DNA of 64,000 nt, taken from the NCBI RefSeq assembly GCF_001194135.2, contig NC_069002.1, forward strand, positions 22,983,805 to 23,047,804, read 5' to 3'. Source of the stretch: Octopus bimaculoides. Taxonomy: Eukaryota. Position numbers and translations under genes: made by a program. Positions 38,242-53,570 of the stretch are shown piece by piece (the stretch's first letter is position 1; the number at the start of each line of letters is the position of its first letter). Under the pieces are notes generated by a model. The model ran no database searches. It saw nothing but the letters and a program-made list of their open reading frames with translations, and was not told the DNA's origin.

Positions 38242-39802
38242 AAATGATATGAACTNNNNNNNNNNNNNNNNNNNNNNNNNNNNNNNNNNNNNNNNNNNNN
38301 NNNNNNNNNNNNNNNNNNNNNNNNNNNNNNNNNNNNNNNNNNNNNNNNNNNNNNNNNNNNNNNNNNNNNNNNNNNNNNNNNNNNNNNNNNNNNNNNNNNN
38401 NNNNNNNNNNNNNNNNNNNNNNNNNNNNNNNNNNNNNNNNNNNNNNNNNNNNNNNNNNNNNNNNNNNNNNNNNNNNNNNNNNNNNNNNNNNNNNNNNNNN
38501 NNNNNNNNNNNNNNNNNNNNNNNNNNNNNNNNNNNNNNNNNNNNNNNNNNNNNNNNNNNNNNNNNNNNNNNNNNNNNNNNNNNNNNNNNNNNNNNNNNNN
38601 NNNNNNNNNNNNNNNNNNNNNNNNNNNNNNNNNNNNNNNNNNNNNNNNNNNNNNNNNNNNNNNNNNNNNNNNNNNNNNNNNNNNNNNNNNNNNNNNNNNN
38701 NNNNNNNNNNNNNNNNNNNNNNNNNNNNNNNNNNNNNNNNNNNNNNNNNNNNNNNNNNNNNNNNNNNNNNNNNNNNNNNNNNNNNNNNNNNNNNNNNNNN
38801 NNNNNNNNNNNNNNNNNNNNNNNNNNNNNNNNNNNNNNNNNNNNNNNNNNNNNNNNNNNNNNNNNNNNNNNNNNNNNNNNNNNNNNNNNNNNNNNNNNNN
38901 NNNNNNNNNNNNNNNNNNNNNNNNNNNNNNNNNNNNNNNNNNNCACACACACACAAAGAAATGGTCTATGTGAATATATATATATATATATATATATAAA
39001 TGTATTCCTTGAATTTATACTTATGTCTGTATACCTGTTTCTGTGTGTATGTGTATATATATAAATATGTATATTTATATTTTGATGTGTGTGTGTGTGT
39101 GTGTGTTCAATATCTGACAATAGTTTTCCATTTCCTTTTTTTTTCCTTCTTAATCCTGAAACCAACCTAATATGGCACAAAGGAAAATGTTGTTACCGTT
39201 CCATGTTTAATGGAACAAACCTAACAGCTGAATGGCTTCTTCGGAATCCAATGCTAGAATGATTAAATTTGGTATTTCGTCATCCCTTCCACCCCCTCCT
39301 CCTCTTCCTTTTCCTTCACATTTGGGCAAATGTGTATACATGCACTGCAATCATATATATACATGTATATATGCTTAATATATACTTACAGCTATATTAC
39401 ATAAATACCAGTATTACAAACACATGTATTTATTTATTTATTTATATGTATATATAATTAGATTTATACATCTACATATTTCAATATCTACACACATACA
39501 TGGTTCCTGTATAATTGTGTTCCCTCTTGCCTTTTATAGACAAATAAGTAAGTACTTTCATATCAAACTAAACACACTGACTTGTATACACTGAGGTCAG
39601 AATGTTATACCTTTCGGTTGCGTGTTCATATTGGCATGCACACACACACGCACACATAGAAGTATTTACTTTCAGTCATATTTATGTTCACATGTCTATA
39701 TACACTCATATAATCCACTCATATATATATATATATGTACACACACATCTACATACATTCTTATACAATGTAAATGTACACACAAGGACCTCTTACATTT
39801 AC

Positions 39803-39845
<43 letters not shown>

Positions 39846-40626
39846 TATGACCATCACTATGCTTTTATATAATGCTTCGATACATACATGTACATAAAAG
39901 CACAGGTATCTGTACACATCATCATCGACCACGACCATGACCATCACCATCATCATTATTTAACATGCATTCTCCTTGTTGGCTTGCATTGGATGTTTCA
40001 CAAGAATATAATGAAATGGAGAATCCTGTTATGCTCCAATACCTACTTTGGCATGATTTCTGTGGATGGATGCCCTTCCTAACATCAACCACTTTACAGA
40101 GTGTACTCGGTGCCTTTTTGTTTTTGTAGCTCGAGCAGTAATGAGATTTCCTTGTGTTTTGCAAGACTAAGTGTTCAGAGGTGGCCCCTGTGACTGAGGG
40201 AGAATAAAAGGAGAGTATGAGAATTCCATGTTGGGTGACGAGAGAGGGTAACGTATGGAGAAAGGAATAGATTTGTAATTGTGAGAAAGGAGTAGTGGAG
40301 AAAGCTAACAAAAATTAGACCTGATTGGAGGAGGGGGAACATGGCAGGGATAAGGGTTAGGAAAGGGATTAGTTTCAGGGGTTAGTGAGAAAGAGAAGGA
40401 CAAAGTGCTACAGGAAATATTAGTTTTAATTTCTCCTATTTTCCTTCCCTGTTCTTTTCTCTCCATGTCTACTTTATTTTTTTTGGAAAAAGAGTAAGAG
40501 TAAGTACTTGAAACATTAAAGATATTTACTTTTTTTTTCTTTCCCATTTCCTGAGCATCAAACTAAAACCAACTCTGAGTTTATTTTTTACATCATCTTT
40601 GTTTTGTATTTTTCCTTACCCTTGTA

Positions 40627-40670
<44 letters not shown>

Positions 40671-40943
40671 NNNNNNNNNNNNNNNNNNNNNNNNNNNNNN
40701 NNNNNNNNNNNNNNNNNNNNNNNNNNNNNNNNNNNNNNNNNNNNNNNNNNNNNNNNNNNNNNNNNNNNNNNNNNNNNNNNNNNNNNNNNNNNNNNNNNNN
40801 NNNNNNNNNNNNNNNNNNNNNNNNNNNNNNNNNNNNNNNNNNNNNNNNNNNNNNNNNNNNNNNNNNNNNNNNNNNNNNNNNNNNNNNNNNNNNNNNNNNN
40901 NNNNNNNNNNNNNNNNNNNNNNNNNNNNNNNNNNNNNNNNNNN

Positions 40944-41079
40944 AGTTTGCTTACCAACCACATTGTTCTGGGTTCAGTCCCACTGTGTGGCACCTTGGGC
41001 AAGTGTCTTCTACTATAGCCTCAGGCTGACCAAAGCCTTGTGAGTGGATTTGGTAAGTGGAAAGTGAACGAAGCACTTC

Positions 41080-41080
<1 letters not shown>
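40944..41080 (+). mobile_element. SINE family A head
   Basis: gggttcagtcccactgtgtggcaccttgggcaagtgtcttctactatagcc. Confidence 0.8.
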
Positions 41081-41111
<31 letters not shown>

Positions 41112-42074
41112 CAGAAATAGTGAATACAGAAGATAGAGTATACTGAAAACTTTTATATAGTTCCCAATATACTCTCTCTTCCACATGCATTGTTTCTACT
41201 ATACTCAACATGCACTGAAGAATTCCCAATGTAGATCCAGTGGTGATTGTGCAATTATTGTGGATGATGCCAGGTAGACATAGGCAGTGAATGTGCTTTA
41301 TAGGCAGACTACTAGGAACATACTCAACATGCAAAGTTTAAATTTTGAATTTAGATTTAAGCTTTATTTTAACTTATATATACACACACACACACATATT
41401 TACATACACACACATTTATATATTCTAATCATTATTGACTGCACATAATCAGTCTATGTGTTTTGCTAGTTTGCCAATTCACTGTGATTCGATTTGTCTC
41501 TGGTTCAATTCAGGTACATGATGTTGATAAGCCACAAAAATGGCAAAATATCAGTGTTCGTCACTCCTGAATGGAATTGAAGATGGATTGTTGCACCTGT
41601 CTATGACTTTCAGGTGTTTTAATATCTAGCTTTTTGAGGGAGTCATCCTCACAGTGCTATCCTGCAGCGAACCGGAGAACAAGCAAAACACATACACTGG
41701 GTATGTGCAGTTGATAATGTTTACAACACCAGCACTGCTTTTAATTCATAATTGAATCTATTTCGGTATTGCACTGAGGCATAGTGATACTAATAACCTG
41801 GTGTTAGTACTCAATATATGACAAAGTAGTAATGTGATAAACAAGCATTCAACTGTAAGTGCATTGCATCTTACAGCAGAAACAGCTGTAAGCTAATGAA
41901 ATTTATTACATAATGTCTTGTTCCCTTATCATTTGTTTAATTGCTTATGTATGCTTGTATGCACACACATACAATTATTTAATATTAAAGCTGAAAATGC
42001 CCTCTGCCACTTTCAACTTTATTGGTCTGTGAAATGGTGTTACAAGGCACAGATGTTTGTGTGGTTTTCTCTAC

Positions 42075-42167
<93 letters not shown>

Positions 42168-42595
42168 TTACCACGGCGTTGTTATTATTGTCCCAGTGGA
42201 CAGTTCAGTGGTGCAGTTTTGTTTTAAAATGACAGAATGTCTTCAAGTTTGAATTGATTTGAAGTTTCAAAATTTTTAAGAGAATTTGGTGATGAGAGTA
42301 CAGGTAATTGCCCCAGTCAAGTTTAGTTGAGTAATTTGTTTTCCATTTGGAATATGGTTCCTTCTCAAAAATACTGCATCACTAGATTTCATGGTTATTG
42401 TTGCTGTTGCCCTCCTGCTCCTGCTCCTCCTGCTCCCCCTCTTGCTCCTGCTCCTCCTCCTGCTCCTCCTGCTCCCCCTCTTGCTCCTCCTCCTCCTTAT
42501 CATCATTGTCATCATACAGCATCCATTTATTTCCCACCTTCCCTTGCTGGCATAGATTTAACAGGTCGTGTTGTTCATAGTAGCTCATGCCATCT

Positions 42596-42626
<31 letters not shown>

Positions 42627-42659
42627 TCCATGGCTGTCTATGTTGTGTCTGTGATGTAA

Positions 42660-42835
42660 CGACCAATGAGCTTTAATTGTGGAGGGAACCTGTGGAAATG
42701 GTAGATCCAAGAAGACATGGGATGAAGTGATGAGAAAGGACCTTTGGATGCTGAGGCTCAGTGAGGAAATGACAAGGGACCGAGAATTGTGGCGTTTTGC
42801 TGTACTTGAGAAGATGTGCCAAACTAAGTAAAATC
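42660..42835 (+). mobile_element. RTE-type LINE 3' end
   Basis: LIVEGTCGNGRSKKTWDEVMRKDLWMLRLSEEMTRDRELWRFAVLEK. Confidence 0.8.
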
Positions 42836-43379
42836 GCTGCCATCCATAGATACAGGAATGTCTTTTACAGGTTCCAGTGCCAGATAAAATGCACTCATTC
42901 TTGTGCTGCATCAATGCACCCATGTCAGTGCAATGTAAAAAGCACCCAGCACATTCTATAAAGTGGTTGGCATCAAGAATGGCATCCAGCCCTAGAGACC
43001 ATGCTGGTCAGCTTTTCAGTTGACCAGCTGTTGTCAAACCGTCCGACCCATGCGAGCATGGAAAACAAACATTAAATAATACGATGATGATGATGATTCC
43101 TCACTCACCTATATTCCAACTTTGGTATAGTTTAAGGAGTTCAGTTCTTTGTCCATTCTTATTCGTTTTCTAAATTCTAAGAAACTTTTACCCACTTCAC
43201 CCAGATTTTTATAAAATTCTTCATAATTCTTGTTATTCTTTATTTTATTTTATCATTTATTCCCACTAATATTTTTATGATCATTTCAAGGATTTTTATT
43301 TATATAAGTGTAACACTGTGTTAGTGGGCAGTGTATATAGGCAGTGTATATAGGCAGTGTATGTTGTAATAAATTAGTA

Positions 43380-43810
43380 TGATTGTGGTTGTGAGCACTT
43401 ATGGATGGCAAATGGCTGTGAGTCTACTTGTGAGCTATAAGTGTAGCTTGTAAGTGTAGTTACAACTGTAATTATAAATGTACTTGTAGTTTATAAGTGT
43501 ACTTGTGGCTTGTAAGTGTGGCTGTAAGTGTACTTATAAGTATAGTTATGTCTTGTTAGTGTAGTTGTGAATGTACTTGTGGCTTGTAAGTATGGTTGTA
43601 AGTGTACTTGCAGATTATATGGCTATAAGTGTACTTGTGACTTGTAAGTGTAGTTATAAATGTATTTGTGGCTTGTAAGTGTGACTTTAAGTGTACTTGT
43701 AGATTCTGTGACTATAAGTGTACTTGTGACTTGTAAGTGTGGTTATAAGTGTACTTGTAGGTAGTATGACTATAAGCATGCTTGTGACTTCTAAGTGTGG
43801 CTGCAAGTGT
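43380..43810. repeat. Degenerate minisatellite built from taagtgtacttg/taagtgtagtta motifs
   Basis: More than 25 imperfect taagtgt cores are visible. Confidence 0.85.
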
Positions 43811-44321
43811 ATTTCTGAAGTGTCAGTATATACTCCTATGTATTTGATCAGTGCTTCCTTACTCCCAACATTTTTGCTGGTATTTAAGTCTATGTTTTAC
43901 TCTTTATACCTTCTGGGACATTCTCCAACTTCATGTTTCAACCATTTACACACATTTTTTATTTTCAATTTTCATTGTGCTTTATCCTTTCAGATTTAAT
44001 TCCCCCCACACCAACCCAATCCTAGCAGAACTTCTAATTCCCTGACGATTTCACATTTACCTGTTTCCCTATTTCACTTTCATCCTTTAGCCATTAATCC
44101 TAATTCATGGTTCCAAGCATCCAATCACAGGTGTCTTTCTATGAAATTAGAATCCATTAAGTTGCTCTATAAACCCTCTTCAGATAATTTTGTATTAAAG
44201 TTTGACATCACAACAAACAGCATTGCAACATCTAAATCACTTCCGACGTTAAAAACAAATGAAGTAAAACTTGATATGCCATATACGTGTATATACACTA
44301 TTATATGTAGATGAGCTATAA

Positions 44322-44379
<58 letters not shown>

Positions 44380-44381
<2 letters not shown>

Positions 44382-44700
44382 GTATGTATGTAAATATATA
44401 TAATATATATAATGTATTATATAATATATATTATATATATTATATAATATTTTGTATGTGTATTTCGTGTGCAAGATTCTTGATGTGGATACGTGTGTTG
44501 AAAGAAATACAATTAAACCAAGGTTTAATTGTATTATATAATATATTATATATATAATATATAGTATATAATATATAATATATATTATATTGTATATAGA
44601 ATATATTATATATATAATATATATTATATAGTATATATATATAATATATATATTGTATAATAAATAATATACTATATATAAAAATATAACATATGATAGA
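44380..44700. repeat. Extreme AT-rich degenerate (TA/TATAA) tract
   Basis: Directly visible. Confidence 0.85.
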
Positions 44701-44714
44701 TGGGTTTTTTTTAC

Positions 44715-45030
44715 TTGTTTCATCTTGAAGGGTTTTAGTCAAACAAATTGACCCCAGGACTTATTCTTTGTAAGCCCAGTACTCATGCTATTAGTCTCTT
44801 TTACTGAGCTGCTAAGTTACAGGGACATAAACACACCACCACTAGTTGTCAAGCTGTGGTGGGGACAAACACAGATACAGAGATACACACATCAATATAT
44901 ATACCTATATATACAATGGGTTTCTCTCAGTTTCTGTCTGCCAAATCCACTCACAAGGCTTTGGTCAGCCCAAAAGGCTATGTAGCGGGACTGAACCCAG
45001 AACCATGTGGTCGGGAATCAAACTTCTTAC
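44715..45030 (-). mobile_element. SINE family A
   Basis: Reverse complement of the body and head (gactgaacccagaaccatgtgg). Confidence 0.75.
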
Positions 45031-45128
45031 CGGATGACTTGTCCTTGTTTTTTCCTGTCCCTTTGTTGTATCATCTAACTGTCTGGATGTTTTGCATTCT
45101 TATCCCATTGTTTATATTCTTTTATATA

Positions 45129-45178
<50 letters not shown>

Positions 45179-45273
45179 CAAGTAGAGAATGGAGAAACAA
45201 ACACAAGAAGAAGCAGGTCAATTGGGCTAGTTAGCTATTGATTTAATTATGCGTTTGTATATATACATATGTG

Positions 45274-45304
<31 letters not shown>

Positions 45305-45305
45305 C

Positions 45306-45497
45306 ATCATCATCATCATCATCGTTTAACGTCCGCTTTCCATGCTAGCATGGGTTGGACGATTTGACTGAGGACTGGTGAAACCGGATGGCAACACCAG
45401 GCTCCAATCTAAATTTGGCAGAGTTTCTACAGCTGGATGTCCTTCCTAATGCCAACCACTCAGAGAGTGTAGTAGGTGCTTTTACGTGTCACCTGCA
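45306..45497 (-). mobile_element. Young (GAT)n-tailed repeat, near-identical to 5571-5758
   Basis: Direct alignment by eye. Confidence 0.85.
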
Positions 45498-45734
45498 TGA
45501 GTGTGTGTATATGTGTATATCATCAGCATTGTTTTATGATTGTTTTCCATGCTGGCATGGGTTAGATGGGTCATTGCAGGGTAGACTTATATGCATGGAC
45601 AACTGCTGCTCTTCTACATAAAACATTGCACAGATGTGTGCCTTGGAGGGGAACGTTCTGGGTGCAATCCCATGGTCATTCGTGATCAAAAGAGGTCTTT
45701 ACTCTTATCCTTTACCCTATATATATATTTCTTT

Positions 45735-45973
45735 ATTTTTTTTATTCCTTCACTGGTTTCAGTCATTTGACTGCAGCCATGCTGGAGCACCGCCTTTAGT
45801 CGAATGAATCAATCCTCAGGACGTATTCTTTGTAAGACTAGTGCTTATTCTATCGGTCTCTTTTGCCAAACCACTAAGTTATGGGGTCATAAACACACCA
45901 ACATCGATTGTCAAACATGGTGGGGGGACAAACATAGAGGACAAATATAGACACACAAACATATACATCTATG

Positions 45974-46009
<36 letters not shown>

Positions 46010-46262
46010 NNNNNNNNNNNNNNNNNNNNNNNNNNNNNNNNNNNNNNNNNNNNNNNNNNNNNNNNNNNNNNNATATACATACATACATACATACACACAC
46101 AACAGGCTTCTTTCAGTTTCCGTTCACCAAATCCATTCAGAAGGCTTTGGTTGGCCCGAAGCTGTACTAGAAGATACTTGCTCAAGGTGTCACACAGTGG
46201 GACTGAACCTGGAACCATGAGGTTGGGAAGCAAGCTTCTTACCACATAGCCACACCTGCGCC
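45735..46262 (-). mobile_element. SINE family A, full length, interrupted by (TA)n and a gap
   Basis: Tail ttcagtcatttgactgcagccatgctggagcaccgcc; head gaagcaagcttcttaccacatagcc. Confidence 0.85.
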
Positions 46263-47063
46263 TATATATATATATATGCCTATCTCTTTGTGTGTATTAC
46301 TTCTGTTGTTATTTGTTTCTTCTCCCTTACCCCATTAATACCTGTTTATCTGTATATTTGTTTGTCCATCCGTTGCTACTTCTTTCTCTTTGTCATTTGC
46401 CATAACACGAGTGGACCACCCCACCATGCCTCCACATCTGGCTGTCAATACATATACACCCACTGCCTATCACACATGCAAACCCTCCTACACTCATTCT
46501 ACATCACATGATTACGTCCTGCATACCTGTGCATAAACTCTCTCAAACACATCCAGACGTACACTTTCGAGCATTCACACAAACACACTGACATATGTAT
46601 ACGCATGCACACAAACACACACACACAAACACACTGATATATGTATGCACATGCACACACACTTGGACACAAACGCACTGACAATATGTATGCGCATGCA
46701 CACAAACACACGAATGTGCTTGTAGGCAAACAAATACTACATATATACATACTTAAGCAGGTGTACAAACAGCCACAAGCATACAATATAAAAATTATAC
46801 ACGCACACATTTATCTATACACTGACATACCCATGTATGTGTGTGCACACTAGCACACACACGCACACACACTCACTCTTTCAGTACATGTCTCGTGCTA
46901 GCAAGTAGTCCAAAAGTACCCACAACCTTACATCTTGTGTATATCTGTTTGTCTATTTGTGTTTGGACATATATATATGTGTGTGTGTGTGTCTGTGTAC
47001 CTGCTTCTTGACTGAAGATTGAAAGCTCCGAATGTCCTGTCCTGTCCTTTTTTTGTATCTCCT

Positions 47064-47124
<61 letters not shown>

Positions 47125-47205
47125 CCACACACATACACATATATATATGCATATGTGTGTATATATATATATATATATACATATGTATATGCATATGTAT
47201 GTATA

Positions 47206-47257
<52 letters not shown>

Positions 47258-47462
47258 GACACAGAAACATGTATATACGTATTCATAAATATGCACCCAG
47301 AGGCATATAAATATATACCTGTCTGTATACATTTATACACACAAACACACACACCCACACCCATACATGCATACCCTAGCACAAATATAAGCATGTGACA
47401 CAAGAAAAATTTATATATTAATATAATCAACACAATTTTCTACATGCATTAATCACATATAA

Positions 47463-47495
<33 letters not shown>

Positions 47496-47800
47496 TATAT
47501 ATATACAACATTTAAACACCCACAAATCTACACACACATACACTTATCCATGTGCAATCATACACATCAGTATGTGCACATACATATAAGTATGTATACA
47601 TGCTTACAATCATCTCATGTATGTTTATCTCAGTGTAAATATGACTTCACTACTTCTGTGTGCGCACTCATTAGTGCCAGGTGATGATGTATAAAAGTGC
47701 ATTTAAATGTGTGTGAATATATGTGTGTATATGTATGTGAATATACTTTGTAAAAATGAATGCCTGTGTGTGTGTATATATGCGTAGAATTATAGATGTA

Positions 47801-47834
<34 letters not shown>

Positions 47835-47971
47835 CGCATGTAACAAATGTATGAGTATGTATATTTGTGGGTATGTGTATGTGTAGGCATGTATATGAGT
47901 ATGTACGTGAGTGCATATATGTGTATGTCTGTGTGGGTGGGTGTATATATGTGGTTCTGTGTGTATGAGTT

Positions 47972-48031
<60 letters not shown>

Positions 48032-48484
48032 TTTATGTATGGCTCTATGTATGTGTGATTGCGTGTATGTGTATGATTGGACACACACACATACACACGC
48101 AATACACATATGTAGGTATGCATTCATAAACATCTACATATATATGCAAATGAGGGTGGTGCTCCAGCATGGTCGTCAAGATTTTTATTGTCAAAACTAT
48201 TTAAGAACAGAAAATGCACCTATAGCAATATATGTCAATTCTCACGCATTCATACACTCCCACACACATAGATGCACTCCTACACACATAGACACACACT
48301 CCCACACATGCAGACACACACATGTACATATTTCTATATGAACATAGAATTACCGATACAGACACATACCCATACACACAATCACACATTTATCTTACAT
48401 ACAGCTACACATACCTATACACACACCGGAAAATACACGTACACACATATACACACATTTATATATCCGCACATATGCTCACCA

Positions 48485-48543
<59 letters not shown>

Positions 48544-48553
48544 NNNNNNNNNN

Positions 48554-48594
<41 letters not shown>

Positions 48595-48854
48595 CCTTAC
48601 ATATGCTTACGCCCACACATTTTAATACATTTCCATACACATATGCTCATATTAAAATTATGATCCACCCTTACAATGACAAACACTACTTCAGCTCATA
48701 CACATGCACACACACATGTGATGAACACACTCATACGCGCACATATATATGTATTCATAAATATTGTAACTTATACGTTCACATATCTAAATGAATACAT
48801 ACACACACATAGAGAGATGAAGATGTATATATCATATATATACATACACACACG

Positions 48855-48891
<37 letters not shown>

Positions 48892-48981
48892 GCATTTTGG
48901 TATGTAATCACCCACAAATGATTACACATATACAGACATACATATACTCATCTATCTGTCTGTCTGTCTGTCTGTCTGACT

Positions 48982-49015
<34 letters not shown>

Positions 49016-49358
49016 CTGTCCGTCTGTCCGTATGTCTGTATGTCTGTTTGTCTGTCTGTCTGCCTATTTATCTATCTATCTATCTTTCTGTCTGTCTGTC
49101 TATCATTCTATCTATCTCTTCCTATCAGTCTAACTGTCTGTCTCTCACTCTCACTCCCCCTTCTCTCTCTCTCTGTCTGTCTCTCTCTCTATTTATCAAG
49201 ATATATAGCTGAGCACATACATACACTCATGCACACAAATGCATTCATAGAAATTTACTTACACACATACACAAAAAATAAAATGTACTTTTACATATAA
49301 TTATGCCCCACAAATGAGTACACACATGCACTCCCCTCCTTATATTTATATGTGTGTG

Positions 49359-49403
<45 letters not shown>

Positions 49404-49555
49404 ATAGCCAATCCATGTAAAAGGCACCCATGCCCACTCAGTAAGGTGGTTGGCTTTAGGAAGGGCATGCAGCTATAGAAACCAAGCTAAATCAGACTGG
49501 AACCTGTCTTGGTAGCTCTAGTCAGACCTTCCAACCCATGCCAGCATGGAAAACA

Positions 49556-49597
<42 letters not shown>

Positions 49598-51023
49598 ACA
49601 CCCCCCCCCCCCNNNNNNNNNNNNNNNNNNNNNNNNNNNNNNNNNNNNNNCACACACACATTGTCACTACCGAACAGATAAATACATATGGCACACACAC
49701 ACACACACACACACATTTGTATGCAGCTGGTTATTTAAAGCTTGACTCTCTAAATCCTACATAATGTCAGACATTTAACATGAAGTATTATAAATCATTA
49801 TGCTGTAAAATTATATTCTTCAATATCATCTCTTTATTTTGTAACTGTATTGCTATTGTTGTTGTTGCATCATATTCCTCTTACCGTTATGTAATGTTAT
49901 CACATGATACCACATTGCATTGCAACATTATCAAACCATACTTCAGTAGACTACAACATTATCACACCTACAACACTATTCTGCAACATTATTTTCACCA
50001 CCACCACCACCACCACCGCCGCCGCCGCCACCGCCACCACCACCGCCACCATCATCATTTGTGCTTTATTATCAGATCAACAGTGAAATCTCCCTCAAGC
50101 TAACACTCCATCATCTTAGATAAATACAAATTAGATAATCTTGTTTAGAATAAATTAATCCAGACAACCAGATGGTCTGATCTTTGATCAGAAGTCAGTC
50201 TGCATCTGGTCTCACCTGGGGCTAAACAACAACAACAACAACAACAACAGCACCGTTACTTATACATTGTACATTCATACACTATACATGTCTATAGTTT
50301 GAATTCATTGTTTAAGCGTATTGAGTAGATGATCCTTGACCTGACCGAAATAACAGCTAAATCTCCTTCATAGTACACCCTACCTTTTGGCTAATATGAT
50401 CCAAGGTACTATAAGACAAAAAAAATGGAAAGAAATATCAATCAAAAAGGAAAATGATTCGACGGTCACAACTGGAATGCCTTCTGATCATAACTGCTTC
50501 ATCAGAGTTGCTCTGTAGCTAAACAACATCAACTTTAGTTCAATAACCAACTCCACTACAACCCTAGCTTCCTCTACACAGCACTATTGCACCTCACTAT
50601 ACTGCATTGCCCTATACATATAGACACTATAGCTGCCCTGTACTATTACCGTACTATATATCATACGTATATACCTCTATTGTGACCCTGTCCTATTAAT
50701 ATCCTATAGCGTAGTCTTCTTAGTATACATCACTACCACATTCTCTCCTCCACTGTCCCACAATAGCATTAACACGCTATACTACATTATGCCCTAACCC
50801 TATGGTATTTCTGCTACATGTTGGTCCAATGCATGCATATGCATGCACATGTTGCACTATTTTGTATGTTTGTCATTTGTACTAATTCACACCATTTTTA
50901 ATTACTCTGCGATATTTCCACCGAGCAGCCAACCATACAACTTTGTACAATTACGCGACTACATACAACAACATAATATTGATTTTTCTGTGACACCATT
51001 ACCATTTAGTTTATAGAATCTAA

Positions 51024-51061
<38 letters not shown>

Positions 51062-51210
51062 TGATGATAAAAATAAAAATTAAATAAAGACAATATTAAG
51101 TATTATTGAACTAATGATGGCTCACTTAATGTTCCAGACCATTTTCGTTATAGAATTGGTTTTTATGGTTATTTCCAGTGACTTCAGTCAAAATGATTGT
51201 TGCTTTAGAG

Positions 51211-51473
51211 CAGTGATTCTTGACCCTTTTTTTCTTTTTTTATACCTATGGACCCTTTTGGTTCCTATTTAACTCTACTGGGCCCTCATAACCATTTGGT
51301 CTTTAAAAAATTCTATCATGTTTTTAGAATTAAATATTATTAAGAATTGTATTAAAGAAATGTTAAGATAGTTTGTGTTGTAGAAATATAACCACTTTAT
51401 TGCTCCTAAATTTTAACAACAAAATCTTATGTGAACCCTTAAGGGTCACATGGACTCCTGTTGAGAACTTCTG
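51211..51473. mobile_element. hAT MITE
   Basis: Degenerate TIRs cagtgattcttgacc / gttgagaacttctg and a perfect 8-bp TSD ctttagag (51203-51210, 51474-51481). Confidence 0.85.
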
Positions 51474-51604
51474 CTTTAGAGAATGAAGAGTCGAACCTGA
51501 GATTAGAACCTAAAACTAGGTGGAATGATACTAAATATTGTTATGTATGTTTCCTATGGTTCTCAGCTGTTTTCTTCTCTGATGATCTGAGCAATATGTG
51601 TTAA

Positions 51605-51830
51605 CCCATTAGCATTTAAACTTGCCACATCTGGCCCAACTGTTCTTCTTGCTCCGTGTTCAAACCAGCCAGATCCAGCTCCAGCCTTTCACACCTGTCC
51701 TACAATGTCATTCTTAAAATGAATAATCTCGTCATGAAAATCTCAAAGCTACGAGATAATGCATGATTAATCCAAAGCAATGGGGATAAAAAGACATTAC
51801 ATTTGAGAGGATAATCTGAATGTTAATGAG
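51605..51830. mobile_element. piggyBac-like MITE
   Basis: TTAA on both sides (51601-51604, 51831-51834); TIRs cccattagcatt / aatgttaatgag. Confidence 0.75.
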
Positions 51831-52969
51831 TTAAGTAGTTGTGCATCACAAATCGACATACTTCAAGAAATATCTTTTAACTCAGCTTTGTTGCAAATAG
51901 ATTGTCGATCACACACATACATATAATAGTGTTTTGCAATAAACCTAATTCACTGTATTTTTTAAATTTTAAGCTATTTACAAATTTTTTTTTAGATTTC
52001 TATATTTCAAATATCAGAGATGACAGTTCTGGGGAAACTTATTCACAAATTCAAATTTTTTTCAAATATGTAAATTCTCAGTGCTACTTTAAACCTTGTG
52101 CCATAATCTTAAACTCTTAACACCAACCTTAAACCCCAATCCTAAACTCTATCCCCACTAAACACAGCTGTAGTTCAAGTATTTTCCATAGAGTTGCAAT
52201 CACTTATGTTTAATACATCAAACGCAGAAGAATATTTTAGCAAAATATATAAAAAACTGGAACAATTTCTGCGTGTTATGTTTTTTGAAAATGAGAGTGT
52301 GTTGACTGGTAACAAAAAGAAAAAAGAAAATGAAATTTTAAGACTTATTTTCAGAATCTTTGAGAAAATTTCCCCAAAGAATAGGAAAAAAAAAAGGAAA
52401 TTAACCAGATTGGTGGGGTAAGGAAACCATATTTTAGAACTCTGCCAATATACATTATTTAATGTGTGTATACATTTTATGAAATATATATCATTAGGAG
52501 CAAGTTTGGCTGTGTGGCAAGAAGCNNNNNNNNNNNNNNNNNNNNNNNNNNNNNNNNNNNNNNNNNNNNNNNNNNNNNNNNNNNNNNNNNNNNNNNNNNN
52601 NNNNNNNNNNNNNNNNNNNNNNNNNNNNNNNNNNNNNNNNNNNNNNNNNNNNNNNNNNNNNNNNNNNNNNNNNNNNNNNNNNNNNNNNNNNNNNNNNNNN
52701 NNNNNNNNNNNNNNNNNNNNNNNNNNNNNNNNNNNNNNNNNNNNNNNNNNNNNNNNNNNNNNNNNNNNNNNNNNNNNNNNNNNNNNNNNNNNNNNNNNNN
52801 NNNNNNNNNNNNNNNNNNNNNNNNNNNNNNNNNNNNNNNNNNNNNNNNNNNNNNNNNNNNNNNNNNNNNNNNNNNNNNNNNNNNNNNNNNNNNNNNNNNN
52901 NNNNNNNNNNNNNNNNNNNNNNNNNNNNNNNNNNNNNNNNNNNNNNNNNNNNNNNNNNNNNNNNNNGTG

Positions 52970-53006
<37 letters not shown>

Positions 53007-53204
53007 GGTCTTTGTCCCTCACCACTGCGTGAAAACCAGTGTTGGTGTGTTTAATGGTTTGGCGAAACAAACCAATAGAATAAGGACCAATCTTTAAAAA
53101 GAAGTAACCTCTGAAGCTAATTCATGTGAGTTAAAGTTCCTCAGGGTGATGCCCCAGCATGGCCACAGTCTAATGACTGAAAAAGGTAAATATATATGGT
53201 CATG

Positions 53205-53405
53205 TGTTATGAATAGATGAAGACAGCTGTGTGAAAAAGTGTTGCACCCTAGCAGTTGAGGGAGCCTGTGGAAGAGGTAGGCCCAGGTAGACCTGGGATG
53301 AGGTGGTAAACCTTTGAACATTGGGCCTCACCGAGGCAATGACAAGTGACCGAGACCTATGGAGGTATGCTGTGATTGAGAAGACCTGGCAAGCCAAGTG
53401 AGACC
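53205..53405 (+). mobile_element. RTE-type LINE 3' end
   Basis: EDSCVKKC.TLAVEGACGRGRPR*TWDEVV...LGLTEAMTSDRDLWRYAVIEKTWQAK*. Confidence 0.85.
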
Positions 53406-53570
53406 ATAACCATAGCTTATGCCAGTGCTGCATAACCAGCCCATTTAAGAGTACCCTTCAATCATTGGATAATAAACTACACTTACGAAGATCTGTTGAG
53501 GCAAGAAAAATTGTTGTTGTGGCCAATGACAGTACTGCCTTACTGGCATCCATGCCAGTGGAACGTTAAA

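Noticed and set aside
41850-41900. GAAAC-AGCU-GUA with an upstream ctgtaag/cttacag hairpin (half hammerhead)
   Set aside because: No recognisable CUGANGA box or helix I partner at the required spacing. It may be a deleted relic.
42327-42666. Proline/alanine-rich or EQ-rich ORFs
   Set aside because: They come from a degenerate CCT/GCT repeat, with no splice or homology support.
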